A stretch of DNA of 48,418 nt from Spirochaetota bacterium (GTDB taxonomy: Bacteria; Spirochaetota; Leptospiria; Turneriellales; Turneriellaceae). This document shows positions 26,445 through 36,113 of this stretch, in pieces. Position 1 is the first letter of the stretch; every line of letters starts with the position of its first letter. Below the pieces are notes generated by a model. It was not told where the DNA came from. It did no database searches and saw nothing but the letters and a program-made list of their open reading frames with translations. The stretch covers positions 943 to 49,360 of the forward strand of contig JAFLED010000001.1 of the NCBI GenBank assembly GCA_017302045.1. Direction: 5' to 3'. The translations under genes and the position numbers were made by a program.

Positions 26445-27536
26445 ATGAAAAACAGAAAATTAACCCCTGCGGAAATCGACGCCTTTGGCGCCGAGCTCGA
26501 CCAATTGCGCGCCGAAACGCTGGCGAAAGTCGGCGCCGAAGACGCGGCTTATATACGCGATATCGTGCAGCTGTGCCGCGATCATGAACTTTTGGGCCGC
26601 GAGCTCCTGAAGAACGACGGCGAGAAACCCGCCGACTGGCTGCGCGGTACGTATGCGCTCGGTATCGCGAAGATTCTTGAGAACATGGAGATCGGCCACA
26701 ACATCATGCACGGCCAGTACGATTTCATGAACGATCCCGACTTCCACTCGCAGACCTATGAATGGGATACCGCATCGACTTCGTCGTCGTGGCGCCACTC
26801 GCATAACTACATGCACCACACCTACACGAATGTTGTCGGTAAAGACCGCGACCTGGGTTATGGTATTCTGCGCCTCACCGACGACGAGCCGTGGAAGCCG
26901 CAATACCTCGCGCAGCCGATCTCTAACTTCATGCTTTCGGTGCTCTTCGAATGGGGGGTCGCATTACACGACTTGGAGGCCGAAAATCTCAAAAGCGGCA
27001 AAAAACAACTCACTTTACAAGAGCTGAAGCCGATTCTTTCGAAGATGTTCTCGCAGGCCGCAAAAGACTATGTTTATTTTCCGATGACCGCGGGCAAAAA
27101 TGCGCTGCCGGTACTTTTCGGTAACATCACCGCGAACCTGATGCGCAATGTCTGGGCGCATGCGATCATCTTCTGCGGCCATTTCACCGAGAAGGCAGAA
27201 ACCTTTACCGAAGCCGAGACGCAGAATGAGACGCGCGGCGCCTGGTATCTGCGCCAGTTGCGTGGTTCGTCGAACCTGAAAGGCGATTGGTGGTTCCATA
27301 TTCTGACGGGCAATCTGAGCCACCAGATCGAACACCACTTGTTTCCCGATATTCCCGCATGGCGTTATCAGGAGATGGCGCCGAAGGTCCGCGAGATCTG
27401 CGCGAAGTACGGCCAGCACTACAACACCGGCAGTTTTACGAAACAATACGGTGAAGTACTGAAGCGTATTTTCCGTTATTCGCTGCCCGATAGCTGGTTT
27501 AAAAAATCTCCGGAAGTCAAGGCACTGCCGGTATAG
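26445..27536 (+). CDS. Acyl-CoA (stearoyl-CoA delta-9) desaturase, DesA3-like
   Basis: ENMEIGHNIMHGQYD, WRHSHNYMHHTYTN and HQIEHHLFP His boxes. Confidence 0.92.
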   Translation: MKNRKLTPAEIDAFGAELDQLRAETLAKVGAEDAAYIRDIVQLCRDHELLGRELLKNDGEKPADWLRGTYALGIAKILENMEIGHNIMHGQYDFMNDPDFHSQTYEWDTASTSSSWRHSHNYMHHTYTNVVGKDRDLGYGILRLTDDEPWKPQYLAQPISNFMLSVLFEWGVALHDLEAENLKSGKKQLTLQELKPILSKMFSQAAKDYVYFPMTAGKNALPVLFGNITANLMRNVWAHAIIFCGHFTEKAETFTEAETQNETRGAWYLRQLRGSSNLKGDWWFHILTGNLSHQIEHHLFPDIPAWRYQEMAPKVREICAKYGQHYNTGSFTKQYGEVLKRIFRYSLPDSWFKKSPEVKALPV

Positions 27537-27550
27537 AAGCCACCTTCTAA

Positions 27551-27576
27551 CCCCCTCTCCCGAGAGTGGGGAGGGG
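27551..27576. terminator. GC hairpin between convergent genes (terminator or REP-like)
   Basis: CCCCCTCTCCCGAGAGTGGGGAGGGG. Confidence 0.45.
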
Positions 27577-28452
27577 TCAGTTAATAAACTTCTCGATCAA
27601 CTGATTTACCAGCTGCGGGTGCGAGCGCTGCACCCAGTGGTTGGCATCGACATAGTGTAGCTGTGCCTGTGGCGCAACTTCTGTCACATTCGAATAAATT
27701 TCCGGCGTGATCGCAAGATCGTGGTTGGGGATAATCACCTGCACACGGGTATCAATCCGGCCGGGAACCTCGATCCATTTGCCTTGCAGCATCTCGCGGT
27801 AGAGATTCAGCGGATTGACCGCAATCTTGCCGATGTCTTCATTCGTCGCGTCGAGCATCGGGTCATCCGAAGGAACTCCGCCCTGCATGAGCGCGCGCGG
27901 CCAAACCAGGCGGCCGAAATTGTTCAGAATAAAATCGGGCAGGTAAGGCATTTGGAACAGATAGATATACCACGACTTCGCAGTCTGCCGCAGGCCTTCG
28001 AAAATCTTTCCCGGGTTCAGCGACTTGAATTTGCCGAACAGGTTTTCGCGTGCCAAAGCGGGGTGCGGGCCGCTGACCGCGGTGTACGACTCGATTTGTG
28101 AGGCATATTCGGGGCGCGATGCAAAAACCCAGCTAATGATAGCACCCCAGTCGTGCGCAACGAGATGTGTCTTTTTTCCACCGAGCGTTTTGATCGCAGC
28201 GGAAATCAGCGGTAAGATATTGTCGATATGATAGCCGCCACGCTCCGTGGGGGCATCTGACTCACCCACGCCGGGTAGGTCGATGGCGCCGACGCGGTAT
28301 TTTTTTGCGAAATACTCCATCTGGTGCGACCAGGTATCATGCGAATCGGGCCAGCCGTGTATAAAGAGGATTGCCGCATCGGATTCGGGACCGGCGACCT
28401 GCATGTGTATTTTACCAAAAGACACAGGGACTGAGATAGATGTAGATTTCAT
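27577..28452 (-). CDS. Alpha/beta hydrolase (epoxide hydrolase-like)
   Basis: HGWPD, AHDWG nucleophile elbow, NHWV; start ATG 28452. Confidence 0.9.
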   Translation of the reverse strand: MKSTSISVPVSFGKIHMQVAGPESDAAILFIHGWPDSHDTWSHQMEYFAKKYRVGAIDLPGVGESDAPTERGGYHIDNILPLISAAIKTLGGKKTHLVAHDWGAIISWVFASRPEYASQIESYTAVSGPHPALARENLFGKFKSLNPGKIFEGLRQTAKSWYIYLFQMPYLPDFILNNFGRLVWPRALMQGGVPSDDPMLDATNEDIGKIAVNPLNLYREMLQGKWIEVPGRIDTRVQVIIPNHDLAITPEIYSNVTEVAPQAQLHYVDANHWVQRSHPQLVNQLIEKFIN

Positions 28453-28668
28453 GTTGCCTCGCTGAGGGGTAATATGGGGAACCCCCGTTAGTTGCGCTGC
28501 ACGCAACGTAGGGTCAAGAAAATGACGGATTGTTCACTTTGCGCCGCCCGGGATACCATTTAGCAAAATGCCCCCAAGGCCAGGTAGGCAATGCCGACGT
28601 GTTTCGCCGGCAAGTGGTAATTGAATTGTTTTTTCACAATGCCTTCGCTAAACTGGCGGTGCCGTAAG

Positions 28669-29652
28669 ATGTACCAGTTGCGTGTGACATGTTTTTTTTT
28701 CCTGGCGTTGTGCCTCTTCGTTTGCCGCGGCGAGCAGGCGACCGATGTGTCGCAGCTCGCGGCAGGCAAAAAAGAAGAAGTCTACGGTGAAATCGACGCC
28801 ACCTTAAAGACCGAGATCTCAGAAACCGCGTATACCCGCTCGATTAATTTCGGTGTCACGCCGTGGGGTGATATCGAAAAGATGCGCAAGGCCTACCAGC
28901 CGCTCGCAACGTATCTATCAGAAAAGCTCAACGCACGCGTACGCCTGATGATTGTACAGGAATACCGCGAACTCGTCGCCGACCTGAAGCGCGGTATTGT
29001 ACATATCGCGTCTTTCTCGCCCGGTGCCTATGCCGATGCGCTCGACGAAGGGATCTCGAAAGATTCGCTCTATGTCGCGTCTGCGCAGCTCAAGGGAAAA
29101 GATTTTTACCGTGGTATTATCGTCGTGAAGAACGAGGTTAAAGACATCGCATCTCTCAAAGGCAAATCTTTCGCCTTTGTCGAAACCGGTTCATCGTCGG
29201 GTTATAAATACCCGCTTGCTCTGTTTCTCTCAAACCAGATAGACCCGTACAAATATTTTTCAAAAGTGTATTTTCTCGGGTCGCATCCTAATGTCGTCGA
29301 AGCGGTAATCAACGGCAAGGTGGATGCAGGCGCGACATGGGATGGTTATATCGAAGAGAATTATCCGACGAACCCACCCGGTATCAAGGTATTGTTAAAG
29401 ACCGAGCCGATTCCTTATGACGCGGTGGTGGTCAGTCGCCGTAAAGCGGCCGACCTTGCACCGAAGCTGCGCGAAATTCTCACCGGGCTCAAGAGTTATA
29501 CCCTGACTAAGGGCGGCGACAAAATACTGAATCTCGACACGGGTTTTCCCTATTCGGGTTATGTTGTGCACTCCGACGCGATCTACGATATCGTGAGGCG
29601 TACCGGCAAAGCGGTGAGCCGGTATAAAAAACCGGGAAAGGCAGATGAGTAA
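28669..29652 (+). CDS. PhnD-like phosphate/phosphonate substrate-binding protein
   Basis: FGVTPW...YQPLATYLSEKL...SLKGKSFAFV..GSSSGYKYP...GSHPNVVEAV.NGKVDAGA...IPYD. Confidence 0.85.
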   Translation: MYQLRVTCFFFLALCLFVCRGEQATDVSQLAAGKKEEVYGEIDATLKTEISETAYTRSINFGVTPWGDIEKMRKAYQPLATYLSEKLNARVRLMIVQEYRELVADLKRGIVHIASFSPGAYADALDEGISKDSLYVASAQLKGKDFYRGIIVVKNEVKDIASLKGKSFAFVETGSSSGYKYPLALFLSNQIDPYKYFSKVYFLGSHPNVVEAVINGKVDAGATWDGYIEENYPTNPPGIKVLLKTEPIPYDAVVVSRRKAADLAPKLREILTGLKSYTLTKGGDKILNLDTGFPYSGYVVHSDAIYDIVRRTGKAVSRYKKPGKADE

Positions 29653-31675
29653 CGATACTGCGTCCCGTCTCACACGCATTCTGCGCAGCCTGGACGAACG
29701 CGTGCATGTGCCCGACTGGATGCGCAAGCGCATCGAGAAATACTCCGTCGCATCGAAGATTAACTTCATTATTCTCACGGCTGTTTTACCGATGCTCTTT
29801 ATTCTCTCGATGATCTTTCTGGTGCTGTTCTTTCAGATCAGCAATCAGATCGAATCGACACTCGTGCAAAAGATGATCTCCGCCAAAAATTCGTATAACT
29901 TTTACGAACGCACGACGTTGGTCTATGCACGCATTCTCGCAGAAAATATGCAGATCAAAAAAGAGCTGCTGGCAGATACGATCAATGTCGGCCCGATTCT
30001 GCGCGTTTGTCGCCAGGTGCAATCGGGCGTATCGCTGGGCCGCATTACGATCTATGACCGGAAGGGTTTTGTCGTCGTGCGCAGCCATAACCCTGGAGAA
30101 TTTGGCGACGATGAAAGTAAATCCCCCGCTATTGAGCGCGCTTTAAGCAAGGGAGAAACAACGGCGGCAATCACGATCGATAAGGGGCAGCTGGTACTGC
30201 AGAATACTGTGCCGGTCTATTTTGAAGACGACCGTGTCGGCGCCATTGTAGCCGGATACACGCTCGATCATCAGTTCACGCGCACGATTGCCGACCTTAC
30301 GCAGTCAGGCATTTTTATCGTGCTCAACGGGAAAATTGTCGCCTCGTCGTTTTCACCCAGCCTCCGGGAAATCGAAACCGATTATCCGGCAGAAAACCGA
30401 AGCTATTCGATTTCGCGGCGGGTGGTATATAAAGACAAGAAAGATAACGTTCATACAGACGACATGGACTTTCGCTACATACCCATCGTCACCGCCGCTG
30501 CCGGTGCTGAAATCCAAAAGGCCGGCCTCGCTGTTGCGCTCAAACCCTCATACCCGCGCTACCTGCTCTATATTCTATTTTGGGGCGCGTTTGTGCTGAT
30601 ACTGATCGTGATACTCCTGGGTATTTTGCTCTCATTTAAAATCGGGCATCGCATCGCCGGTTCGGCACGCGCCGTATCGCAGGCGATGGTGCGCTTTACC
30701 GAGGGCGACCTCGATACGCGCATCGACGGTGTTTCGGGAGACGAGCTGGGCAGAGTCGCGCATGGTTTCAACCAGATGGCGGCCGAGCTGCAAAGGCGCA
30801 TCAAATACATCCGCGACACAAACGAAAACCTCGAAGCACTGATCGGCGAACGCACGCAAGATCTCAACGAAGCTCTGCTCAGGGTCACTGGTCTCGAAGA
30901 GATGCAACAGGGGGATTACCTGCTCATGTCGCTGCTCTTGACGCCGCTCAGCGCTTCAGATATGAAAGTCGGCAAAGTTGCCGCAACGTTTCTCATCGAA
31001 CAAAAGAAAAAATTTTCATTCAAAGGCCATTCCGGTGAAATCGGTGGGGATTACGCCAAGTTTGCGGTATTGCATTTCAAAGGCGCGCGGTCGCCGTGGC
31101 TTTTTTTCTTTAACGGCGACGCTATGGGTAAATCGAGCCAGGGGGCGGCGGGCGCGCTCATCTGTGCCGTTACACTCCAAGCGATTCTCGCACGCTTTGC
31201 GGATAAGCCGATCGGCGAGACGCCGGAAAAATGGCTGCGCGGTATTTACAATGAGCTCGATCACATCTTCAGCCTTTTCCAGGGTTCGATGAATATGTCG
31301 GCACTCTTCGGCGTGGTGAATTCGGTCCGCGGTGAAGTTTATTATATCAACGCGGAACATCCGCGGTTAATACTCTATCGCAACAAACGCGCCGACTTTG
31401 TCGAAGACGCGCAGCGTACTGCAAAACTGGGTGCGACATCCGAAGTAAAAAGATCCCGCGTACATTTTGTTCACCTGAAGTCCGGTGACGTATTGATTGC
31501 GGGTTCGGATGGCAAAGACGATATTGAGATCGACGGCTCGATGGAATCCGACGACGATCGGTTTCCCCGCATTGTGCAAAAAGCGGGGGGAGAGCTACAG
31601 GCGATACGGGCAGAGATCGACCGCATTGGCCGGCGCAGCGACGATTTTTCGCTAGTACGGATTACGATGGTTTAA
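29645..31675 (+). CDS. Membrane sensor with Cache-like domain, HAMP and SpoIIE/PP2C phosphatase (RsbU-like)
   Basis: Two TM segments, DELGRVAHGFNQM HAMP, GGDY, GDAMGK, SDG and DD motifs. Confidence 0.88.
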   Translation: MSNDTASRLTRILRSLDERVHVPDWMRKRIEKYSVASKINFIILTAVLPMLFILSMIFLVLFFQISNQIESTLVQKMISAKNSYNFYERTTLVYARILAENMQIKKELLADTINVGPILRVCRQVQSGVSLGRITIYDRKGFVVVRSHNPGEFGDDESKSPAIERALSKGETTAAITIDKGQLVLQNTVPVYFEDDRVGAIVAGYTLDHQFTRTIADLTQSGIFIVLNGKIVASSFSPSLREIETDYPAENRSYSISRRVVYKDKKDNVHTDDMDFRYIPIVTAAAGAEIQKAGLAVALKPSYPRYLLYILFWGAFVLILIVILLGILLSFKIGHRIAGSARAVSQAMVRFTEGDLDTRIDGVSGDELGRVAHGFNQMAAELQRRIKYIRDTNENLEALIGERTQDLNEALLRVTGLEEMQQGDYLLMSLLLTPLSASDMKVGKVAATFLIEQKKKFSFKGHSGEIGGDYAKFAVLHFKGARSPWLFFFNGDAMGKSSQGAAGALICAVTLQAILARFADKPIGETPEKWLRGIYNELDHIFSLFQGSMNMSALFGVVNSVRGEVYYINAEHPRLILYRNKRADFVEDAQRTAKLGATSEVKRSRVHFVHLKSGDVLIAGSDGKDDIEIDGSMESDDDRFPRIVQKAGGELQAIRAEIDRIGRRSDDFSLVRITMV

Positions 31676-32192
31676 TCTTGTTCAGAATTCTCGGGAACAG
31701 CATTTCGGTTTCGATGCGCATGTGTTCGACGATATCTGAAGCAAGCTGCCGCAGCTTGTAAGAAAGCAGAGCGAGCACCGGTATATGGCTGCCCTGCGCC
31801 GAAAGGCTTTCGGCAATTTTGCGTATTTCTTTTATTTCATCTTCATGGTGCTGGTGTTCGAGCAGCATCTGTTTGATGGCGCCCGAATAATGCCGCGCAA
31901 TTTCGTCGGGAGTTTTTCCGGCGGCCGTCGACTCTTCGATCCACGGAAAGAGAATTCGCTCTTCGTCGGTCAGGTGCTGCCGCATCTCTTTGTGGTACCC
32001 GCTCCAAAGATCGGCCAGGGTATTAAAATCTGCCGGTAACTCGGGAAGCGCCGTTTTTGTGCTGCGGATCAGCTCGGTGATTTCATCCATGATATTGCGC
32101 GTAAATTCATGGTGCGTAAAAACGAGATAACGCATCAGTTGCACATTATTCATCGCAGGTAAATCGACGGGAAAATCAGCTTCAGTGTCCAT
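31662..32192 (-). CDS. Hemerythrin-domain protein (Ric/ScdA-like core)
   Basis: THHEF...HLTDEERILFP...EHQHH...EHMRIETEMLFP; start ATG 32192. Confidence 0.8.
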   Translation of the reverse strand: MDTEADFPVDLPAMNNVQLMRYLVFTHHEFTRNIMDEITELIRSTKTALPELPADFNTLADLWSGYHKEMRQHLTDEERILFPWIEESTAAGKTPDEIARHYSGAIKQMLLEHQHHEDEIKEIRKIAESLSAQGSHIPVLALLSYKLRQLASDIVEHMRIETEMLFPRILNKIKPS

Positions 32193-32216
32193 AGCGCAGG
32201 GGCTGGGGTTTACCCA

Positions 32217-32264
32217 GGTTGTCAATAAAAGATAAAAAGGTAATAATATCTTTTGTTGACAGCC
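32217..32264. promoter_or_regulatory. 18-bp-arm inverted repeat in the divergent intergenic region
   Basis: GGTTGTCAATAAAAGATA-N12-TATCTTTTGTTGACAGCC (2 mismatches); each arm contains an outward TTGACA. Confidence 0.55.
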
Positions 32265-32288
32265 TACCTTTTCGCGCGAGGTTTTCCC

Positions 32289-33317
32289 ATGCCTCTTATT
32301 CTCGACTCTGCGCAGGGCCTTCCTCAGACCGCCGACGGCTTTTATCTCTCCCTGGAAAGCGAGCCGCACCGCGCACGCACAAAACAAATTATGGTCGCGC
32401 ATCCCGAAGTGCGCCGGCTTATCGGCAGAAACATCTGGTCTTTCGTGGTCATTCTCGCGATCGTCGCGGGGCAGATAGGTATCGGCTGGTGGTGTGCGTC
32501 GCAGCCGTGGTGGGTGACTTTTGCGGCAGCTTTCATTATCGGCGCTTTTGCGAACCATGCGCTGTTTGTGATGATTCATGAGGCCTCGCATAATCTCATC
32601 TTTAAAACCCGGTGGCTGAATAAGATCGCGGGCATTATGTGTAATTTTCCGATGGGTTTTCCGAGTTCTGAATCCTTTCAGCGTTATCATCTCAAGCACC
32701 ATATTTACCAGGGGGTTTTGGCTTTGGACGCAGACCTGTGCTCGGGTTGGGAGGCGAAAGCTGTTGGTCGTTCGGCCTTAGGCAAGGCGTTATGGTTGCT
32801 CCTTTACCCAGTAGTGCAGGCTTCGCGGCCGTTTCGTCTGAAAGAAATCAGGCTATTCGACGGTTGGATCGCCTTCAACTGGTTCTGCCAGATCGCCTTC
32901 AACGCGGCTGTTATCTGGTTTCTCGGCGCGAAGGCTATGGTCTATATGCTGGCCTCACTTTTCTTTTCTGTGGGATTGCACATTCTGGGCGCGCGTTGGA
33001 TACAGGAGCATTATCTCGTCGCTCCCCCGCAAGAGACATATAGTTATTACGGCCCCTTGAACCTCATTGCTTTTAACGTTGGTTACCACAACGAGCACCA
33101 TGATTTTCCTTCGGTGCCCTGGAATCGACTGCCTGACGTGAAACGTGTTGCACCCGAAGCCTATGACACGCTCGTGTCGCACCGGTCATGGACGAAACTT
33201 CTATTCCGGTTTTTGTTTGACCGCAATCTTTCTCTGCGTTCACGCATGGTACGCCATGAACGCGGCGGCATCGCTCTCGACGACATCAGGCATGCCGATG
33301 TGCGTTCACAGATTTAA
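32289..33317 (+). CDS. Sphingolipid delta-4 desaturase/C4-hydroxylase-like (DEGS1/DES1-type) desaturase
   Basis: N-terminal EPHRARTKQIMVAHPEVRRLIG; HEASHN, YHLKHH, QETYSYYGPLN..FNVGYHNEHHDFP..PW..LP. Confidence 0.85.
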   Translation: MPLILDSAQGLPQTADGFYLSLESEPHRARTKQIMVAHPEVRRLIGRNIWSFVVILAIVAGQIGIGWWCASQPWWVTFAAAFIIGAFANHALFVMIHEASHNLIFKTRWLNKIAGIMCNFPMGFPSSESFQRYHLKHHIYQGVLALDADLCSGWEAKAVGRSALGKALWLLLYPVVQASRPFRLKEIRLFDGWIAFNWFCQIAFNAAVIWFLGAKAMVYMLASLFFSVGLHILGARWIQEHYLVAPPQETYSYYGPLNLIAFNVGYHNEHHDFPSVPWNRLPDVKRVAPEAYDTLVSHRSWTKLLFRFLFDRNLSLRSRMVRHERGGIALDDIRHADVRSQI

Positions 33318-33326
33318 GGAGGCAAT

Positions 33327-34004
33327 ATGGAAACTTTAAGTCGTAAAAAATCGATAAAACAGGCGATGGCCGAAAGCCAGACCATCCGCATGTTTGAAAA
33401 TCCTCTGCTCGAAAGATTGAGTCACGTTCATCCCGCGACGCCGTTTGTGATCTATATTCCCGTCGTGGCAGCGTTGCTGTATTTTGCAGTTCAGCAGGTT
33501 GCCCTGTTGCAGCTGGGGGCTGCTTTTGGCTTGGGTATGCTGTTCTGGACCTTCGTCGAGTATTGTCTGCACCGTTTTCTATTTCACATTCCGCAAACGA
33601 ACCGGGTCTTCAAAGCAATCTATTTTTATTCGCATGGTATTCACCACGATGCACCGCGCGATGCGACGCGGCTGGTCATGCCGCCCGGGGCCAGTATTCC
33701 ATTGGCAATTGGTTTCTTCTTCCTTTACCGTTGGATATCCCCCGCATATTACCTGCCTTTCACGGCCGGTTTCATTTCAGGCTACCTGATTTATGACTTT
33801 TTGCACTTCTCAGTACACTTTTTCCAGTTCAGGAATTCTTATTTTAAGATGATTAAGCGCAACCATATGATGCACCATTACCGCGCGGCTCTCAAAAATT
33901 TCGGATTCACTTCGCCCGTCTGGGATTATATCGGCGGATCTTATTTCGGCAGCACGGCCGCCGATCGTAATATCGACGACAATTCGGGCTTAAAGCCGTT
34001 ATGA
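33327..34004 (+). CDS. Fatty acid 2-hydroxylase-like (FA2H/Scs7-type) protein
   Basis: MFENPLLERLS.VHP; EYCLHRFLFH; HGIHHDAPRDATRLVMPP; YDFLH; HMMHHY...FGFTSP.WD. Confidence 0.85.
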   Translation: METLSRKKSIKQAMAESQTIRMFENPLLERLSHVHPATPFVIYIPVVAALLYFAVQQVALLQLGAAFGLGMLFWTFVEYCLHRFLFHIPQTNRVFKAIYFYSHGIHHDAPRDATRLVMPPGASIPLAIGFFFLYRWISPAYYLPFTAGFISGYLIYDFLHFSVHFFQFRNSYFKMIKRNHMMHHYRAALKNFGFTSPVWDYIGGSYFGSTAADRNIDDNSGLKPL

Positions 34005-35281
34005 CGCTCGTCGCCCCGGAAACGGGTCGGCGCGTACCCGAGCTGCTGATGCCTGCGGGCAGTATGCATAAGCTGCGCGTGGCGATCGATTACGGTGCCG
34101 ACGCGGTTTACTGCGGGGTGCCGCGCTTCTCGTTACGCGCGCGCGAAAACGAGTTTCGCCTGCATAACCTGGGCGAGGCCGTTGCTTATGCGCGAGAGCA
34201 TGGACGCAAAATCTATTTCACCGTGAATGCGATTCCAAGAAATTCAAAGTTGCATGGCTATTTGCGCTACCTGAAAGCCATGGCCGATTTGAAGCCCGAT
34301 GCGTTGATTATGGCCGACCCGGGGCTCATGATGATCACACAAGATCACTTTCCCGAATTGCCCATCCATATTTCGGTGCAGACGAACACGATGAACTATG
34401 CGGCTGTCGAGTTCTGGCGGCGTTTCGGTGCGAAGCGAGTCATACTCTCGCGCGAGATCACTCTTGCGGAAATCAGGGAGATCCGCCAGCGTTGCCCGGA
34501 TATTGAAATCGAGGTCTTTGTGCACGGCGCGATCTGCATTGCGCACAGCGGTCGCTGTTTCATGAGCAATTATTTTGGTAACCGTGACGCCAATCAGGGC
34601 GCTTGCAACAATGCCTGCCGCGAACCCTACCAGATTTTCCTGAAAAACCCGCGCAAAGACGACGCAGAAATGGAGATGATCAGCTCTGACGATGGCACAT
34701 TTCTGATGAATTCGAAGGATCTGCGTGCGATTGAATTTCTCGGGGAACTCGCGAAGATCGGCGTCGATTCAATCAAGGTAGAGGGTCGCACCAAGAACGA
34801 CTATTACGCCGCGATGGTCGCGCGCACTTACCGTCGGGCCCTGGACGATATTTACGAGCACCGCCCTTTCGACCGTTCACTTTTAACCGAGCTCGAAAAA
34901 GTGGCGTCGCGCCGGTATTTTTCGGGATTTCTGACGCGCGGGCTCGAAGAGCGTCTGCCCGCCGACGAACTCAACTTTCAAAACGAGGAAGGCGACCAGC
35001 GCTGGCGCACGCATGCCTATGCGGGCTGCGTGAAAAGACAAGACGCAGATGGCACCGCCTGGTTCGAATTGAAGACACGCCTCACCGAGGGTGACACGCT
35101 CGAAGTATTTTTTCCCGGGCAGTTCGAGTCGTTCGAAGCGACTGCGGGAAAAATGTTATACAGGGGCGAAGAACACGGCGTGCTCAGCGGCGGCATCGGC
35201 GAAGTTGCCATGAAGTTGCCCTTTCCGGTGCCGCCGAATGCCTTTATCGCCCGCGCCTTGCCGGTTACTCCGGCTCTTTAG
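34001..35281 (+). CDS. trhP: U32-family tRNA hydroxylation protein TrhP (YegQ-like)
   Basis: PELLMPAG...YGADAVY.G.PRFSLRAREN; EVFVHGAICIAHSGRC; DANQGACNNACR; KVEGRTK. Confidence 0.85.
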   Translation: MTLVAPETGRRVPELLMPAGSMHKLRVAIDYGADAVYCGVPRFSLRARENEFRLHNLGEAVAYAREHGRKIYFTVNAIPRNSKLHGYLRYLKAMADLKPDALIMADPGLMMITQDHFPELPIHISVQTNTMNYAAVEFWRRFGAKRVILSREITLAEIREIRQRCPDIEIEVFVHGAICIAHSGRCFMSNYFGNRDANQGACNNACREPYQIFLKNPRKDDAEMEMISSDDGTFLMNSKDLRAIEFLGELAKIGVDSIKVEGRTKNDYYAAMVARTYRRALDDIYEHRPFDRSLLTELEKVASRRYFSGFLTRGLEERLPADELNFQNEEGDQRWRTHAYAGCVKRQDADGTAWFELKTRLTEGDTLEVFFPGQFESFEATAGKMLYRGEEHGVLSGGIGEVAMKLPFPVPPNAFIARALPVTPAL

Positions 35282-36113
35282 CGAGGGCGGTTGGGCTTGC
35301 GAATATCTGCCGCAGTTTTTTCAGGACACCCGATGCTTTCCAGGCATCGCGCGCAATAGCGGCGAATTCGTGCACCTGAATCGTGAACCAGTTATGTGTC
35401 GTGAGATTCTTCGTTAAACCATATAGCACCGGCTCTTCTTCGGGTTCGAAGGTGCCGAAGAGGCGATCCCACACAATGAAGATTCCCCCGTAGTTTTTAT
35501 CGATGTATTGCGGGTTTGAGCCGTGGTGTACCCGATGGTGCGACGGCGTATTCAAAATGTATTCAAACGGGCCAAGGCTGCGTATCGTCTCGGTGTGCAC
35601 CCAGTACTGGTAGATCAGATTCAGCGACATCTGCAGCAGAATCAGATGCGGATGAAATCCGGCAAAGGCAAGTGGCAACCAAAAAGGAGTTTCTATGATC
35701 GGGGCTGTCCACGATTGGCGTAGCGCCGTCGCGAGATGGTAACGCTGGCTCGAGTGGTGCACGACATGCGTCGCCCAGAACAGGCGGATTTCATGGCTCA
35801 ACCGGTGCATCCAATAGAAAGCGAAGTCATCGGCGATGACGAGACAAAGCCATGTCAGCCACACCTGCGTGGATGCGAACCACTTTGGGCCGGCATTATA
35901 GCAGAGGGTCAGAAGCCAGATGAAAAATACATTCCAGAAGAAGCGCACGATAAGACTACCAACGCCGCCCGAAAGACTCGCTGCAGTATCGGCGACGCCA
36001 TACGGTTTGTGTTGCCGCCAGAGCGCAAAGGCTTCAATCCCCATGGTAATCAGATAGAATGGGATAGCCAATATCGTCGGCTCTTCTTTGATGTATTGAA
36101 TTATTTGTTCCAT
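35265..36113 (-). CDS. Sterol desaturase family protein, alkylglycerol monooxygenase-like
   Basis: YWMHRLSHE..LFWATHVVHHSS..Y...TALRQ; YQYWVHTE; NTPSHHRVHHGSN..YIDKNYGG..IVWDRLFGTF. Confidence 0.88.
   Translation of the reverse strand: MEQIIQYIKEEPTILAIPFYLITMGIEAFALWRQHKPYGVADTAASLSGGVGSLIVRFFWNVFFIWLLTLCYNAGPKWFASTQVWLTWLCLVIADDFAFYWMHRLSHEIRLFWATHVVHHSSQRYHLATALRQSWTAPIIETPFWLPLAFAGFHPHLILLQMSLNLIYQYWVHTETIRSLGPFEYILNTPSHHRVHHGSNPQYIDKNYGGIFIVWDRLFGTFEPEEEPVLYGLTKNLTTHNWFTIQVHEFAAIARDAWKASGVLKKLRQIFASPTALAKEPE

Noticed and set aside
31662-32702. 346-aa ORF as listed in the track
   Set aside because: Its N-terminal half is antisense to the desaturase; only 31662-32192 is hemerythrin-like
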